Notes: a model not told the origin generated them from the sequence alone. A stretch of 60,577 nucleotides of DNA, filler included, from Dugesia japonica (GCA_001938525.1; 5 parts of 5 records of this genome joined end to end with filler, not necessarily neighbours in it), one strand, 5' to 3'. Counted from the first letter of the whole stretch, positions 27,442 to 39,800 are shown. Program-made: numbers and translations.

Positions 27442-29118
27442 AACATTCCAAATTATACAACCATTCCGCAAGTGCGAGTATCAATGGTGACTGTCATAGT
27501 ATCATGATAAATACTATTGCCAACGGTTTTGTGGAAAAAATTATTTTGTGTGTGCTAATTGTAAGGTATTGGATTTAGATGACTACTTAAGTTTTTATAA
27601 GACGCATAAGAAACACTTATCTTGTTTTAGTAAAAGTAAAAAGAATATACTAAAATCAATATTAGATTGGCAGATGGATAGTAAATTTTATGAAGCATCA
27701 GTAAATAAGAAAATTAAGATAGAAGTAAAAACAGTTAAGGATAAACCAGTTTAAATAATTGTTATTGAAGATGATGTTGAAGAAATAACAATCAAGGATA
27801 AGCCTATTGAAACGATTGTTATTGGAGGGGGTATTGAAGAAATAATAATCAAGGATGAACCAGTTGAAAACATTGAATGTTGTTGAAGAAATCATAAATT
27901 TGAAACTAGAAGAAGAAACGTCAAATATTTTACAAGAAGAAGATGCAATCCATATTAAATCAGATGATTGGAACAGTACTTAATGAACTTGATGAAGAAG
28001 ATATCGTGTTAAATAAGATCCTCGATATGGAAGAGAAAAATAATCAAATTGGTATATCGATAATGAATAGTGATGACGATATCATGTTACAACAATTTAT
28101 TGATGCAGAAAAAACGGAAAATAATAATTAAGTTGGTGAATCAGCAAATATAACTGTGGATGATGGAGTAATTATAGAATCGGATTTGTATCGTGGTCAT
28201 AGGATTCTTAAAATAGATGTTTCAAGATGGAATTGTCATGAAATAATGTTACCAGAGGCTATAGTTAACAAATTATTTCAGACAATAGAAGAAAAGAAGC
28301 AAGTTAAAATACAATTTAGGGTGTATTTTGAGTTAAAAAGTACAACAACAACTGTTGATGAAGAAGAAGAGGAGTTTAAAACCTGTAGAATACCAAATAA
28401 AGCCATTGCCTTAACTGATAACTTTTTTGAAGATGGGAATAACCAATTGAATGAGAAAATAACAATAAGAAGCGAACTAGCCTCCAGTTGGATGTTAAAC
28501 AGAATACAGAAAATTAATTTTAAGATCACAAAGGTTGCAGATATTTGTAGACTTTTTGGAAAAAGTTATATTCCAACACCGCCAGATTTAAAAAGGAAGG
28601 AGGCAATTGTAAACATCAAAAACGACGATAATTACTGATTTATTTACAATATTCTTGCTATCACCAAAAAAGATCAAATTAGAGGCAGGAATAAAAACCG
28701 CGTAACATTATATGAAAAATACATGTGGGACCTTGTATTTGATGAAGAGGATATGCTGATGAAACTGATTGATATATCAAAGTTTGAGAAGAATAATCCT
28801 GGACTATCCATCAATGTCCTATTATGGAATCAAGAATCACTGGAGGATGAAGAAGATGAAGTAATCATGAAATATCCGAATTTGGGCATAATACACAGGT
28901 CAAAAGTGATAGATGGAGAAAAAATATATCTTTTATTACTGGGAAATAACAACAGATTTCATTACACAGCAGTAATAAATCTAAATCGCCTAATGAACAG
29001 GAATAATAAAAATGAAAGTCTTCGAATTCGATCAACTTTGTGTCCTAGCTGTCTCAATTGGCTCAAAAATGCTGTAGCATATGAAAAGCAGGAGCCAATT
29101 TGCAAAAATATTTTTTAG
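27442..29118 (+). pseudogene. Second pPolB gene, N-terminal part, truncated at 29118; probable spliced leader exons at 26801-27051
   Basis: Colinear with 18650-20511: VIIESDLYRGHRILKIDVSRW, SSWMLNRI, GKSYIPTPPDLKRKEAIVNIKNDDNY*FIYNILA, ISKFEKNNPGLSINV, FHYTAVINLNRLM, CPSCLN. Confidence 0.85.
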
Positions 29119-29727
29119 GATAACCACCAAAAATCAGCAATTTTATAGCATTAAGTCTACTAAAATAGCATTAACAAACACGGACTAAAAGAGAGTATGG
29201 ATAGGTAAAAATAGCAGTGCCCTATATAGTCACTATAGTATTATAGTTTTTTTCCCATAACTCCGTTCATTCAATCCAGCCTAGTCAAGAACAAAACCTC
29301 AAACAATGGTATTTATTTTGTTTGTTTAAATTTTATTTTAATTTTTTTAAAATATAGAAAACATTGTCGAAAAAAACATTTGTGAACGTATAACCGGTCC
29401 TCTTTAGGACCAAAATTGTACATAGTAGTATATTGTTGGATAAAAAATTTTATTGTTATTTGTTTTTTTATTAGATTTTTATTACGCTTTTTAATGCAAG
29501 CATGCAGTGTACATGACACATGCATGTTAAATATAAACAAAATTAATTGAATTGTTCACTAATAATGAATTTGGACCTTATTATAGAAGAAATGCTGGAA
29601 AATATTGAAAGAAATTATTTCGTATCAGAAATTAAAATATTATCAACAATTTTAGAAGGTAATTTAAAAAGATTTAATTAAAAACTATATGTTTAAAATA
29701 AAAAAGCCATTGATTAAATAAGATTTA

Positions 29728-30009
29728 TTACATAACATTAAAAAAAACAACACATAAAAGTACAACATTTAACAGTAAAATAATGTCTTTCACAACCAAA
29801 AAAACAGGATCTTGGTGTGATTGTTTGACATTGCATACAGGTTCTAAACTAATAATTAATAAGTTTACATAATAAAATATATTACCACTATTTTTCTTCC
29901 TATCCACACGACACTGTCTTTGTTTACCAAATGCAATGAACAGTGTTTGCATTTTAACATTTGTTCTGTTTATATTAATTATCTCTGGACTCTGATATAT
30001 TATGTCCAT
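29728..30009 (-). CDS. Hypothetical Polinton accessory ORF with hydrophobic C-terminus
   Basis: ATG-initiated 93-aa ORF starting 33 nt after the stop of the neighbouring same-strand gene. Confidence 0.35.
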   Translation of the reverse strand: MDIIYQSPEIININRTNVKMQTLFIAFGKQRQCRVDRKKNSGNIFYYVNLLIISLEPVCNVKQSHQDPVFLVVKDIILLLNVVLLCVVFFNVM

Positions 30010-30042
30010 GTTTAATTTATTAGTAATGTTTACTTTTTCTTC

Positions 30043-30555
30043 CTAATAAATTTCGATAGCTGCTGTTGGCGGACCAAGTTCAAAAGTCCTTACCAAGTTT
30101 TTCATCAAAAATGACATGTTTTCAAGAACTTTAGGATCGAATTCAAGACTTATGCTTTCTTCTATTTTTAATACCTAATTAAATAATAATTATTATATGA
30201 TTAATAATGATGATATTACCATGAAACTATCAAGAAATTGAATTTCTATTAAAGCATGAAAACCTTTTTGTAGTTTCTTCTCCAACTTAAATCTATACAA
30301 CAAAATTTCGTTGTTGGATATTTCTGGCACCTGATTCATAAAGGGCTCCAGATTGTATTCTCCTTTTATTCTCTCTGCTTTATTTACTACACACCTATTT
30401 AGATTGTTCATATAGTTTAGTGTATAGGCTTGATTGATGATAGTTAAAACTTTGTATTCTTCATCGGGTAGAGAATCTTCATTATCTTTGTTGCATATAT
30501 CTATCTATTTGAGCCTTTCATTTTGCTTGTGCGATGAATTTCGAATAACTACCAT
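30043..30555 (-). pseudogene. Polinton accessory gene of unknown function, two exons (intron 30175-30219)
   Basis: MVVIRNS..(one stop)..FHALIEIQFLDSFM, then a 45-nt phase-0 gtaata..ttag intron, then VLKIEESISLEFDPKVLENMSFLMKNLVRTFELGPPTAAIEIY*. Confidence 0.55.
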
Positions 30556-30874
30556 TTATAAAATAATGAAATATTTAAACGAATCTCTATTTATATACTT
30601 GTTGTATAATTTTATTGGTTGTAGAAGGAATAGAAACCAACCAGGAACCAATATAAATCCAGAAACCAATACAAATCCAGGAACCATTAGAAATCCATCT
30701 AGAAAAAGAAAATATAAAAGAAGAAAAAATATAGTTGTTGTTGTAATAAATGTTTGTTATTATAAATAGTTTTTTTTAATAATAAAAGCAATAGGTATGC
30801 AACTCAGATGCAGCAGAGATGCAATACACATACACTGAAAATCACGTGACTGTAAATTTTAGACTGCACTAATC

Positions 30875-31423
30875 CCTTGCTAAATATCAAGTCAGTCATA
30901 CCTCATTCAATATAAAGAGACTCAGTATGCTAAATATAGTGACTCCCTTCATACCGTGCTAAATATAGAGACTCCCCTCATCCCATAGTAAATATAATAT
31001 AGTAAATAAATATTTACTATATTATTATTATATTTAGTAAATAAAAAAAATTTAAATAATAAATAAAAAGACTCCTATCATTCCATGCTAAATATAGAGA
31101 ATTCCCTCATCCCCTCATCCCATGCATAAATATCAAGACTGCCCAATATCTTGCCATAATATCAAGACTGTCCATACCATGCATAAATATCAAGACTGCT
31201 CAAAAGAAAATTTTTAATTTCCATGCAAAAATAAATGTTTGAATTTCCCGCCAAAAAATAACAAGACTTCCCTCTTCCATGTTCACAAAATATTAAAAAC
31301 TACTCTTCACACTCAAAAATACTCAAAAAATACTTAAAAATACATAATTTTTACAAAAATAATATAATTTTCTCCAAATTGGGACCATTTAAAATTGTGA
31401 CCTTGTGCCACTATCCCACTACT
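30875..31423 (-). repeat. Subterminal tandem repeats (TGCTAAATATAGAGACTCCC-like, about 30 bp) and Polinton terminus
   Basis: About 9 degenerate units between 30875 and 31280. The terminus ...GCCACTATCCCACTACT ends at 31423. Confidence 0.75.
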
Positions 31424-31537
31424 TGTGATGAAAAATGGATTTCTTATGAAAATCCGAAACTAAGAAAATCATGAGTGAAGCCTGGTCAACCCGNNNNNNN
31501 NNNNNNNNNNNNNNNNNNNNNNNNNNNNNNNNNNNNN

Positions 31538-31549
31538 TTAATTAATTAA
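31538..31549. other. Artificial contig spacer core
   Basis: N44-TTAATTAATTAA-N44. Confidence 0.95.
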
Positions 31550-32104
31550 NNNNNNNNNNNNNNNNNNNNNNNNNNNNNNNNNNNNNNNNNNNNAAAAACA
31601 TTGTATTTAAATAAATCTTATTTTTAAAAACACTTTTTTTTAATTTTATCAGAACATTGATTGTGTAACAATTGAAATGCAAGTTAAATAAAGAAAATGC
31701 AATTTGAAAGCATATAATACAAAGACATTAGGTATAAACGATGAATTTTTCATACTAATGCTTTAGACAATGTATAGGCAACTTTTAATTGTCTATCTTT
31801 TTCCTATTAAAGCGCGGTGATTTACGTGCCTGTGGCGGCCTACAGAAAGGCTTTGTTCTTTTAAACCGTAATTTCAACCGGAAGTAAGCGGAAATTAAAA
31901 TTTTCGAGATCACAGATCGTCTTGAAATTAAATTNTGCATCTATATCACTTAAAGTTTTTTCTTAACATTTTCCAATTTGGCGCTAGGAGGAGGGGTGCG
32001 CAGTGTGGACACATATGTGGAGTCAAAACGAAGCATTTTTCAAGCATAGTACTTTAGACAATGCATAGGTAACTTTTAATTTTAAGACTAATGGTAATAG
32101 TTTC

Positions 32105-32393
32105 AAGTCCATATCTCAAATTAAAATTCAAATTCAAATATTTTATTGATCCGATGATATTTTTCAAGAAATAATTACAGAACATTGCGACGCATACTCG
32201 CGCGCATCTTTTCCACTTTTCAAAACATCGATAGCATACACACATTGACCTTGAGTTACTTTTTAAAAAATTTTGAAAAAAAAAATTTACTTAAAAATTT
32301 TTTTAAAAAAAATTTGTCTAAAAAAAATTTAACGAAAAAAATTTTTCTGGGTGGGGGGAGGGGGGTGCATCAGTGCGGACCTATCTCACTACT
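32105..32393 (-). repeat. Polinton-type terminus, family D, copy 1
   Basis: Ends GGGGGGAGGGGGGTGC..CTATCTCACTACT. Near-identical to 33718-34035 in the same orientation. Confidence 0.8.
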
Positions 32394-33717
32394 TAAAATT
32401 ACCGAATGCTGATGAGATTTGTACATAGATATAAAAACAACTAAAGATTTTATCAAGTTTTATTCAAGTATATGATTCATATCTTCAAGATATTCCTCAA
32501 AAACATGCCTCAAAATAGATTCTTTACACTGATTACATGAAAAAACACATTTAAAAGGAAATAAAAGATATATTTTGATTACAATATCAATTTAAAATCC
32601 TATCTTTTCATATATTTTGTCCCAGTAAATTTCAGGAGTCCAATATACAGATAAATTTTTATTATAATTTAATGTTTTCTTATGGTATCAGCCTATATTT
32701 CTATAACGTGTACATATTCATCAATGTATACCTATTGATATTTTTATGAAATCAATAGAATTTCATAAAGCACTTGATACCATTAGTATGATGTATTGTA
32801 CTTAATGCATATTTTATTGGTATAAGTCAATAATGTATGCCGTATTGAATCTAGTGTATTACTGCTTGACTTAAGTGATTTGTTAAGAATCAATGAAAAC
32901 TAGTATGTTTTAATGAAAATCAGTCTATTTATATGAAATTAAATTATATTTTGAAGAAAGTACTGTAGAATTATGAAATTTTCTGTATGAAGAATGTGTA
33001 TATTAGGTTAATAAGTAATGAAACTGTTGTATGAGTTAATACAGTTTGCATTCTTTTTTCATTTGTCTTTATGAAACTCTTAATAAATCAGTTAAACCTA
33101 TCATATCTAAGGAAACCAATGTATCAACTACAACCATATAAAACTCATGAAACCGTAGAAAACTTTAAAAAGCTATAAAATACTTAGAAAACCATTGAGT
33201 ATCCAAATCTATAGAATACTAAGAAAAATTATTGGGTATCCAAAGCTAATGAATACTAGGGAAACCATTAGTTAACCTAAAACCGTTGAGTATTGAAGAA
33301 GATATAGAATACTCAGAAAACCATTTAATAATGTACAAGTTATAGTCAAAATAAGAAAACATACAACCATATATTGATTTTATTAACAATCAAACTGATT
33401 ATTTGGTATTAAAAGAAAAGAAGGAACACAGAATTCAGGTTAGCAAGCAAAATAGCAGACGAGTAGAAGGAGGATAAAAAGCAAAACCGAGGACAGATGA
33501 TGAGGATGTAAATCTTCTAGAAAAGGATACATGATAACTCTTAATTATACAACAAATAAGCTAAATAAACCGATTGAGTAATAATTTGTCATGAAATTTG
33601 AGTGAACAGTTGCTACTAGTTACTATATTCTATAATATACTAAAATAGTAGAAAACAATGTGTTAATATAGACAAATTTTATTAAAACGTAGTACATTTT
33701 CATTAATTTCTTTAATT

Positions 33718-34035
33718 AAGTCCATATCTCAAATTAAAATTCAAATTCAAATATTTTATTGATCCGATCATATTTTTCAAGAAATAATTACAGAACATTG
33801 CGACGCATACTNGCGCGCATCTTTTCCACTTTTCAAAACATCGATAGCATACACACATTGACCTTGAGTTACTTTTTAAAAAATTTTTAAAAAAAAATGT
33901 CAAAAAAAAATTTGTCAAAAAAACTTTTTCGAAAAAAATTTTTGTCAAAAAAATTTTGTCGCAAAAAAACTTGACGAAAAAAATTTTTTTGGCTGGGGGG
34001 AGGGGGGTGCGGTAGTGCGGGCATATCTTACTACT
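33718..34035 (-). repeat. Polinton-type terminus, family D, copy 2
   Basis: Ends GGGGGGAGGGGGGTGC..ATATCTTACTACT. Direct repeat of 32105-32393. Confidence 0.8.
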
Positions 34036-35479
34036 ATTTTATGCAAATATAGTTAGATCTTGATACGATTAACCATCATAAATCTAATTTATTTTAACAT
34101 TATACTATTCAGGTCCATTAAACACTTTCAAACCCATACAATCAGGAAACCAATTGTTGAAAATTATAAGTAAAGTATACCTCTGAACAATAGGATATTA
34201 TTCATTAAAACATAAAAATGAAGAAAATATTTCTATAAATTACTAAAGGTGTTTGTTTTCAATTTTTAGAGAAAAGAATAAATAGAGAAAGCCGAGGTGC
34301 ACGCAGAGGGGACAGGCAAATAGTGATGATGAATGATAAATGCCTATATTATTATTTTATAAGTTAGGGGAAATAGTACAGAGTTTCCGTAAAGTATTGG
34401 AATATTATTTAGAATTTCAGAGAAGTGTTGGAAACTTATAAAAGAATTTCCGAGATGTATTAAAACTTTATACAGAATTTCAGAGAAGTGTTGAAAAGTT
34501 ATTCAAAATTTCCAAGCAGTCGTGAAAGTTTATCCAAAATTTCACAGAAGTCATGAAAATATATCCAAAATTTCCAAGTAGTGTGTGAAAATTAATAAAG
34601 ATTTTACTGAAGTCATAAATTGTTATAACTTAATAAAATATTTCATACTCTATTTAATAATGTCCAAGGATTCCCATTGTAATCATACATTTGTCTTTTT
34701 TTAGATTAATAAAAAATAATTGTTACACATATTTGTTTGATGGGTATAAATCATCAATTCTTGACAATAGTGTACTTAAAACTTAAATGTTATCTAGTCA
34801 TATTTCAAATGGATTTTAAATTTTTTTTTAATTAAAATTATTAATTATTTATATTAACATTTTAAATATAATTTGTTTAAATTCATTGTTTGCAACAAAT
34901 GCAATCTTTTTAAATTTCCAAAACTTATTATTTGCGTATATAAGTCAAATCTTTTAGACATTGTTCCATATTACAAAGGAAAATATGTCGCCACTTGTAT
35001 ACATTCTATCTAGACCAGTACAAATCATTAAACCCGATACATCCATTAACTAAATACAACCAATAAACCTAGTACATTCAATGAACCCGATACATTCATT
35101 AAACTTATACATTCGATTCATTTACGTATTTGACTTACATGCTATTGACTCAATGCTATCATTCATCTTAATCAACTCGTTCAAGTTAAGCAATACATTC
35201 ACCTTATCCATTGAATATGCTTAATTTGTCTTACTGGACATAAATCAATAAGCAAAAGTCACTATTTTCATTAAAATAAACACTAAGCTGATTCTGATGT
35301 TTACTGATGGTTAACATTACTCTATAATAATAATTCATATCATCTTACAACTAATGATACAGGTAATCAAATTACATAGTTATATATAAAACCTTTTCAA
35401 GGTAAATACCGTAAATTTATCAATGAACACAGCAAAGTCTGTATGTGTCTGTATATGCAAAGTTAATAGATAGAGTAAG

Positions 35480-35760
35480 CAAATAAGTAAAGTAACCTAA
35501 TATGATAGAGTGAAACCAATGGAATACAGTAAAACCGATGAATAGAGTAAGCATGTTAGTACGGTAAGCCAATGTGATAAAGTAAACACTAAGTAATAAA
35601 GTAAACTAATGTGTAACAGTGAAACTAATGGTCCTAGTAAACCACATGTGTTACAGTAAAACTCAAGTAATGCACTAAACTAATGTGTAACAATGAAACT
35701 CATGGTCATAGTAAAGTCGATGGGTTATAGATGAAACCAATGTAATATAGTAAAGTCAAT
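35480..35760. repeat. Degenerate minisatellite of about 21 bp (ACAGTAAA-CCAATG-like)
   Basis: Periodic AGTAAA/AGTGAAAC..AATG units. Confidence 0.7.
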
Positions 35761-36619
35761 GAATATCACACATAGTGCCTGATCGAATCAAATATTTCTA
35801 GTAAATTATTCAACTTATTACTAATTTATCAATTGAATATAAATCAAGTCCAATCATCTATACACTGATTTCATTAAACCATGAATATATTGTAGTTGTC
35901 CACAAGCACATTATTACCACTTGTATACTAATTATTACCAGTTATGTATGAATTACGAACAGTGATATGTAATTTACTGACACCTATGTACAAATTGTAG
36001 TCTTCTATGAGCAAATTATCACCATCTATGTGTAGAATATAGCAAACTTTGTACAAATTATTAAACGCTGTGTGTAAATTATAACTAATATGAATAAATT
36101 ATGGCCATATATAAGAAAATCGTAACCAACTATTGTAGATTGAGACATTAGTTTGGACTTTTTCAAGTCTAAATATTATTTGAATAACTTTATTTTAAAA
36201 CGTTTCTATAGATATGCACAAAATATATACTAAGTCCATAAGCAAATCCATTAAAATGTATAGACCTGTAATTAAAAAATAGACTAATCTTATTAGGATT
36301 TGTTAAGTTTCCATTAATTGGTATAATATTTTTAAGTTTAATAAATTTTAAAAATTTTTCTAAAGTTATTTAAAATTAATTAATTATACTAAAACCATTT
36401 TTATTTCATCCATTTCTCTAACGTATATCGAATATAAAAGATTTTTTAGATTTATAGTGTTTTATAGTGTTCAGCAGTTTTATTTACACAGTAAGCTAAT
36501 AGTTATACTAAAATAGTAGAAAACAATGTGTTAATATAGACAAATTTTATTAAAACGTAGTACATTTCCATTAATTTCTTTAATTTCTCTAAGTTTTATA
36601 AATTTTAGAGTTTAGCAAT

Positions 36620-37400
36620 GGATACAGAAAGCCAGTAAATACACTATATAAGTGGATAGAGTAGACAAATGGGTATAGAAAACCGATATGATACAGTAAA
36701 ACCCAAAGGTTTTAGTAAATAAATGGATAGAGGAAGCCTATGTGATACAGTAAGCCCATGTGTTTTCAATAATGTCAATGTGACATAGTAAAACCCTTGA
36801 ATTTCAGTAAACCAGTGTGTCACAGTAAGGCTCACGTGCTACATTAAAGCATGTGTTGCAGTAAATATAATGTGTTACAATAAAACCCATGTGACACAGT
36901 GAGCCCATGTGTTTCAATAGAGCTAATGTGACACAGTAAACACATTGTATTTCAGTAAACTACAATGACACAGTAATTCCATGTGCTACAGTAAAACCCA
37001 TATAATAGAGTAAGTACATGGGTACAGGAAACCGATCTGATACAATTAAACCCACGAGTTTCAGTAAATCAATGTATAAGGTCAACATATTAGTAAAGTA
37101 AGCTAATGGAATAGAATAAAGCTCATGTGTTATAGTAAATAAGTGTAAATAGTAAGGCCAATGTGTTTCAATAAAGCTAATATGACATAGTAAACACATT
37201 TCAGTAAACTACAATGACACAGTGAAGCCAATATATTACAGTAAAGCCTATGTGCTACGGTAAAACCAATGGGATACAGTAAACCCAAGTGAAATAATAA
37301 AGTCTATGTGATACAGTAAACAGATAGTTAGAGTAAGCAAATGAGTAAAGTAAGACAGTATGTATAGTAAAGTAGTAGACATTGTAAACCAATTAACACC
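36620..37400. repeat. Degenerate minisatellite of about 21 bp, same family
   Basis: Dozens of (C)AGTAAA.CC.ATGTG.(T)A units with higher-order duplication (about 36880-36990 vs 37130-37260). Confidence 0.8.
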
Positions 37401-37964
37401 ACACATAGATAGTATTTTGTCAAAGTATATGCTGAAATCAGTCAATTCAAGTAAGTGATTTAATTTATTACAATATTTTAATTTAAATTTAGTCTATTAA
37501 TCTAATCTAACCTAATTATGTTTAGAAAAGTATGTACTATTAAGAAAAATTATGTGAAATTAATAAGTCTTGTAATTTAAATTTATGTTTTTATTTTGTA
37601 AATTTATAAAAATTTTGAAAATTAAAATTTTACATCTGTTACCATAGCAATATTTTAATAATTTAAATTTTTTATCAATGTAAATATTATTATTTTAGTT
37701 TTTTCAGTTTTTCAATGGAAATAGTTTGTAAAGATTTTCAATGCTAATTTTTAAAAGTAACTCAAATTTATATTATAAAATCATTAAAACTCGACATTTA
37801 CTGGAAAAATCATGAATTTCAAATAAAATGTAAAATTTTGAAATTTAATGAAAATGAATTAAAATTAACACATGAAAAAGAATAAAAATTAACACGTGAA
37901 AATGAAATAAAATTAACACATGAAAAATAAATTAAAATTAACACATGAAATAAAATTATTAGAA

Positions 37965-39033
37965 TGAAGCATTTTTATACAGCAAACCTTGTATACAAAA
38001 TGTTCAGTTTTTAATTCTAAGTTTAATGGTCTAAAAATATTTTAAAATTTATTATTATTTTAATTATAATTATAATTTATAATTAATTATATAATTATAT
38101 ATTATTTTGAGAAGCATACATATTTGTACAACAAACCCTGTTTGAAATATGTTCAGGTTTTTATTCTGAGTTTAAAAATACCAAATTTGTTTGACTATCC
38201 TGAGTATTTTCCAGAAAAGATAATTTTCTATCCAAGGTGGGTCATGACAACTAGCAATTTTCTATCTTTTAAACTAAGCATATTCATACAAACTATCCTA
38301 TATGAAATATGTTCAAAATTTGATTCTAAATCAAATGCTATTATCTTGACTATACGATACGTTTTGATCGTGAAATTCATATATTAAAGTCAACTGTTCC
38401 CGGTCGCTAGTACCTTTATCTTGGAAAATAAAATTATTCATATAGCAAAGCATACATGAAAAATTTTCAGTTTTTGATTTTGAGTTCAACAATATCAAAA
38501 GTGTTATTTTATCATTAGTTTTTCTTGAAAAAATAATTTTTCATTCTCGGTGAGTCATGGCACCCGTTAATTTTCTATCTTTTAAACTAAAAATATTTTT
38601 GCAACAAATCCTATACAAAATATGTTCAGAATTATATTTTGAATCGAATTGTACCATTTACAAAGCATGCCGATAGATTTTGGGTGAGAAATTTAAAAAA
38701 CAAGGTCAACTGTTCCCGTGCGCTAGTATCTTTTCTGAGAGAACCAAGCATATTTACATAGCAAACCCTATACAAAAAATGTTCACCTTTTAATTTTAAG
38801 AAGATCGACACCAAATTCAAAAGCACACGATGAAAATTAACCGAAAATTTTTTTCTTCAATTCGAAATTTTTACCTTTCCGAACTAAAATTCGACCGTTC
38901 CAACTCGATTTCGAAAAACATTTTCACGTATTTGTAACGACTAATCAAAATGCTACAAAACCAAAACAGTTAAAACAACCAAAACACCGAAACAGTTGGC
39001 GAGGGTGAAGGCCCTGACTGTTTTCGTGCTCTA
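37965..39033 (-). repeat. Terminal module family B, inverted, with internal re-iterations of about 300 bp
   Basis: Inverse matches to 20794-21520, e.g. TAAATATGCTTGGTTC, AAAAGATAGAAAATTA..GGGT..CATG, ATAATTAATTATATAATTATAT. Confidence 0.7.
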
Positions 39034-39406
39034 GTATTTTAGGTTAATGACTTTGTTTAATAATTATAAGTTAATGATTTTATTTTAATTGGATTATAAT
39101 TTCACTTCCATGACAGTGATTATCCATGTTTTATCAAAAATAAATTTTGTTTTGATTAGTCTTTTCATTTGTTTCTTTTATATTATTTTTAATATTGTTT
39201 GAGAAGCATCTAATCTTAATATAGCTCGGGCGAAAAATCATTTCAAAACTTGAAAATTTAAACAAAATAAGGTTTCCCATCGATTTTCTATGAAAAATCC
39301 ATAAAAATCATATAATTTAAATAAAAATCTCAAAAATCGGTAAATTTAAACAAATCATAAAAATCAATTAATTTTAACAAAAAATGTTTTAATTATTAAA
39401 ACAAAA

Positions 39407-39800
39407 AATATTAAGTCTGCGCGTAGAATTTAAATATGAAGTTTAGCAGATGACCTTGAAACATTTTGACTAATCAGAGCACAGGATACTGTATCACTTT
39501 GACCTTGAAGCACATCAACCAATCAGGACGCAGTATACTATATTACTTTGACCTTGAAACATTTCGAACAATCAGAACACAGGATACTATATCACTTTGA
39601 CCTTGAAAATATTTCGACCAATCAGAATAGAGTATACTGTATCAGTTTGACCTTGAAAATTCAACCTTCAAATTTTCCACCAATAAGAATTGATTATATT
39701 AAATCACGGACCAATCAGAATCAAGTATACTGTATCAGTGACCTTGAAAAAATTGACCTTCAGGGGGAGGGGTGATACAGTGCGCTACTATCTACCTACT
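39407..39800 (-). repeat. Polinton terminal repeat, family C, with tandem CCAATCAG/TGACCTTGA units of about 49 bp
   Basis: Ends GCGCTACTATCTACCTACT. TGACCTTGA occurs at 39451, 39500, 39549, 39598, 39648 and 39739. Confidence 0.85.

Larger units (their letters stand above)
20794..31423. mobile_element. Decayed Polinton/Maverick (adintovirus-like) element, 10.6 kb, possibly chimeric
   Basis: Termini AGTAGTGAGATAGTAGC (20794) and inverse AGTAGTGGGATAGTGGC (31423). Contains ATPase, integrase, mCP, MCP and pPolB remnants. No TSD, and the subterminal regions do not match. Confidence 0.85.

Noticed and set aside
39440-39760. CRISPR-like array (also 30875-31280)
   Set aside because: The units are similar along their whole length with no unique spacers, the context is eukaryotic, and there are no cas genes.
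18217-39800. One 21.6-kb Polinton bounded by the homologous inverted ends at 18217 and 39800
   Set aside because: The ends lie on different contigs separated by artificial linkers, differ in repeat number, and have no TSD (CACCAC vs ATCAAT).
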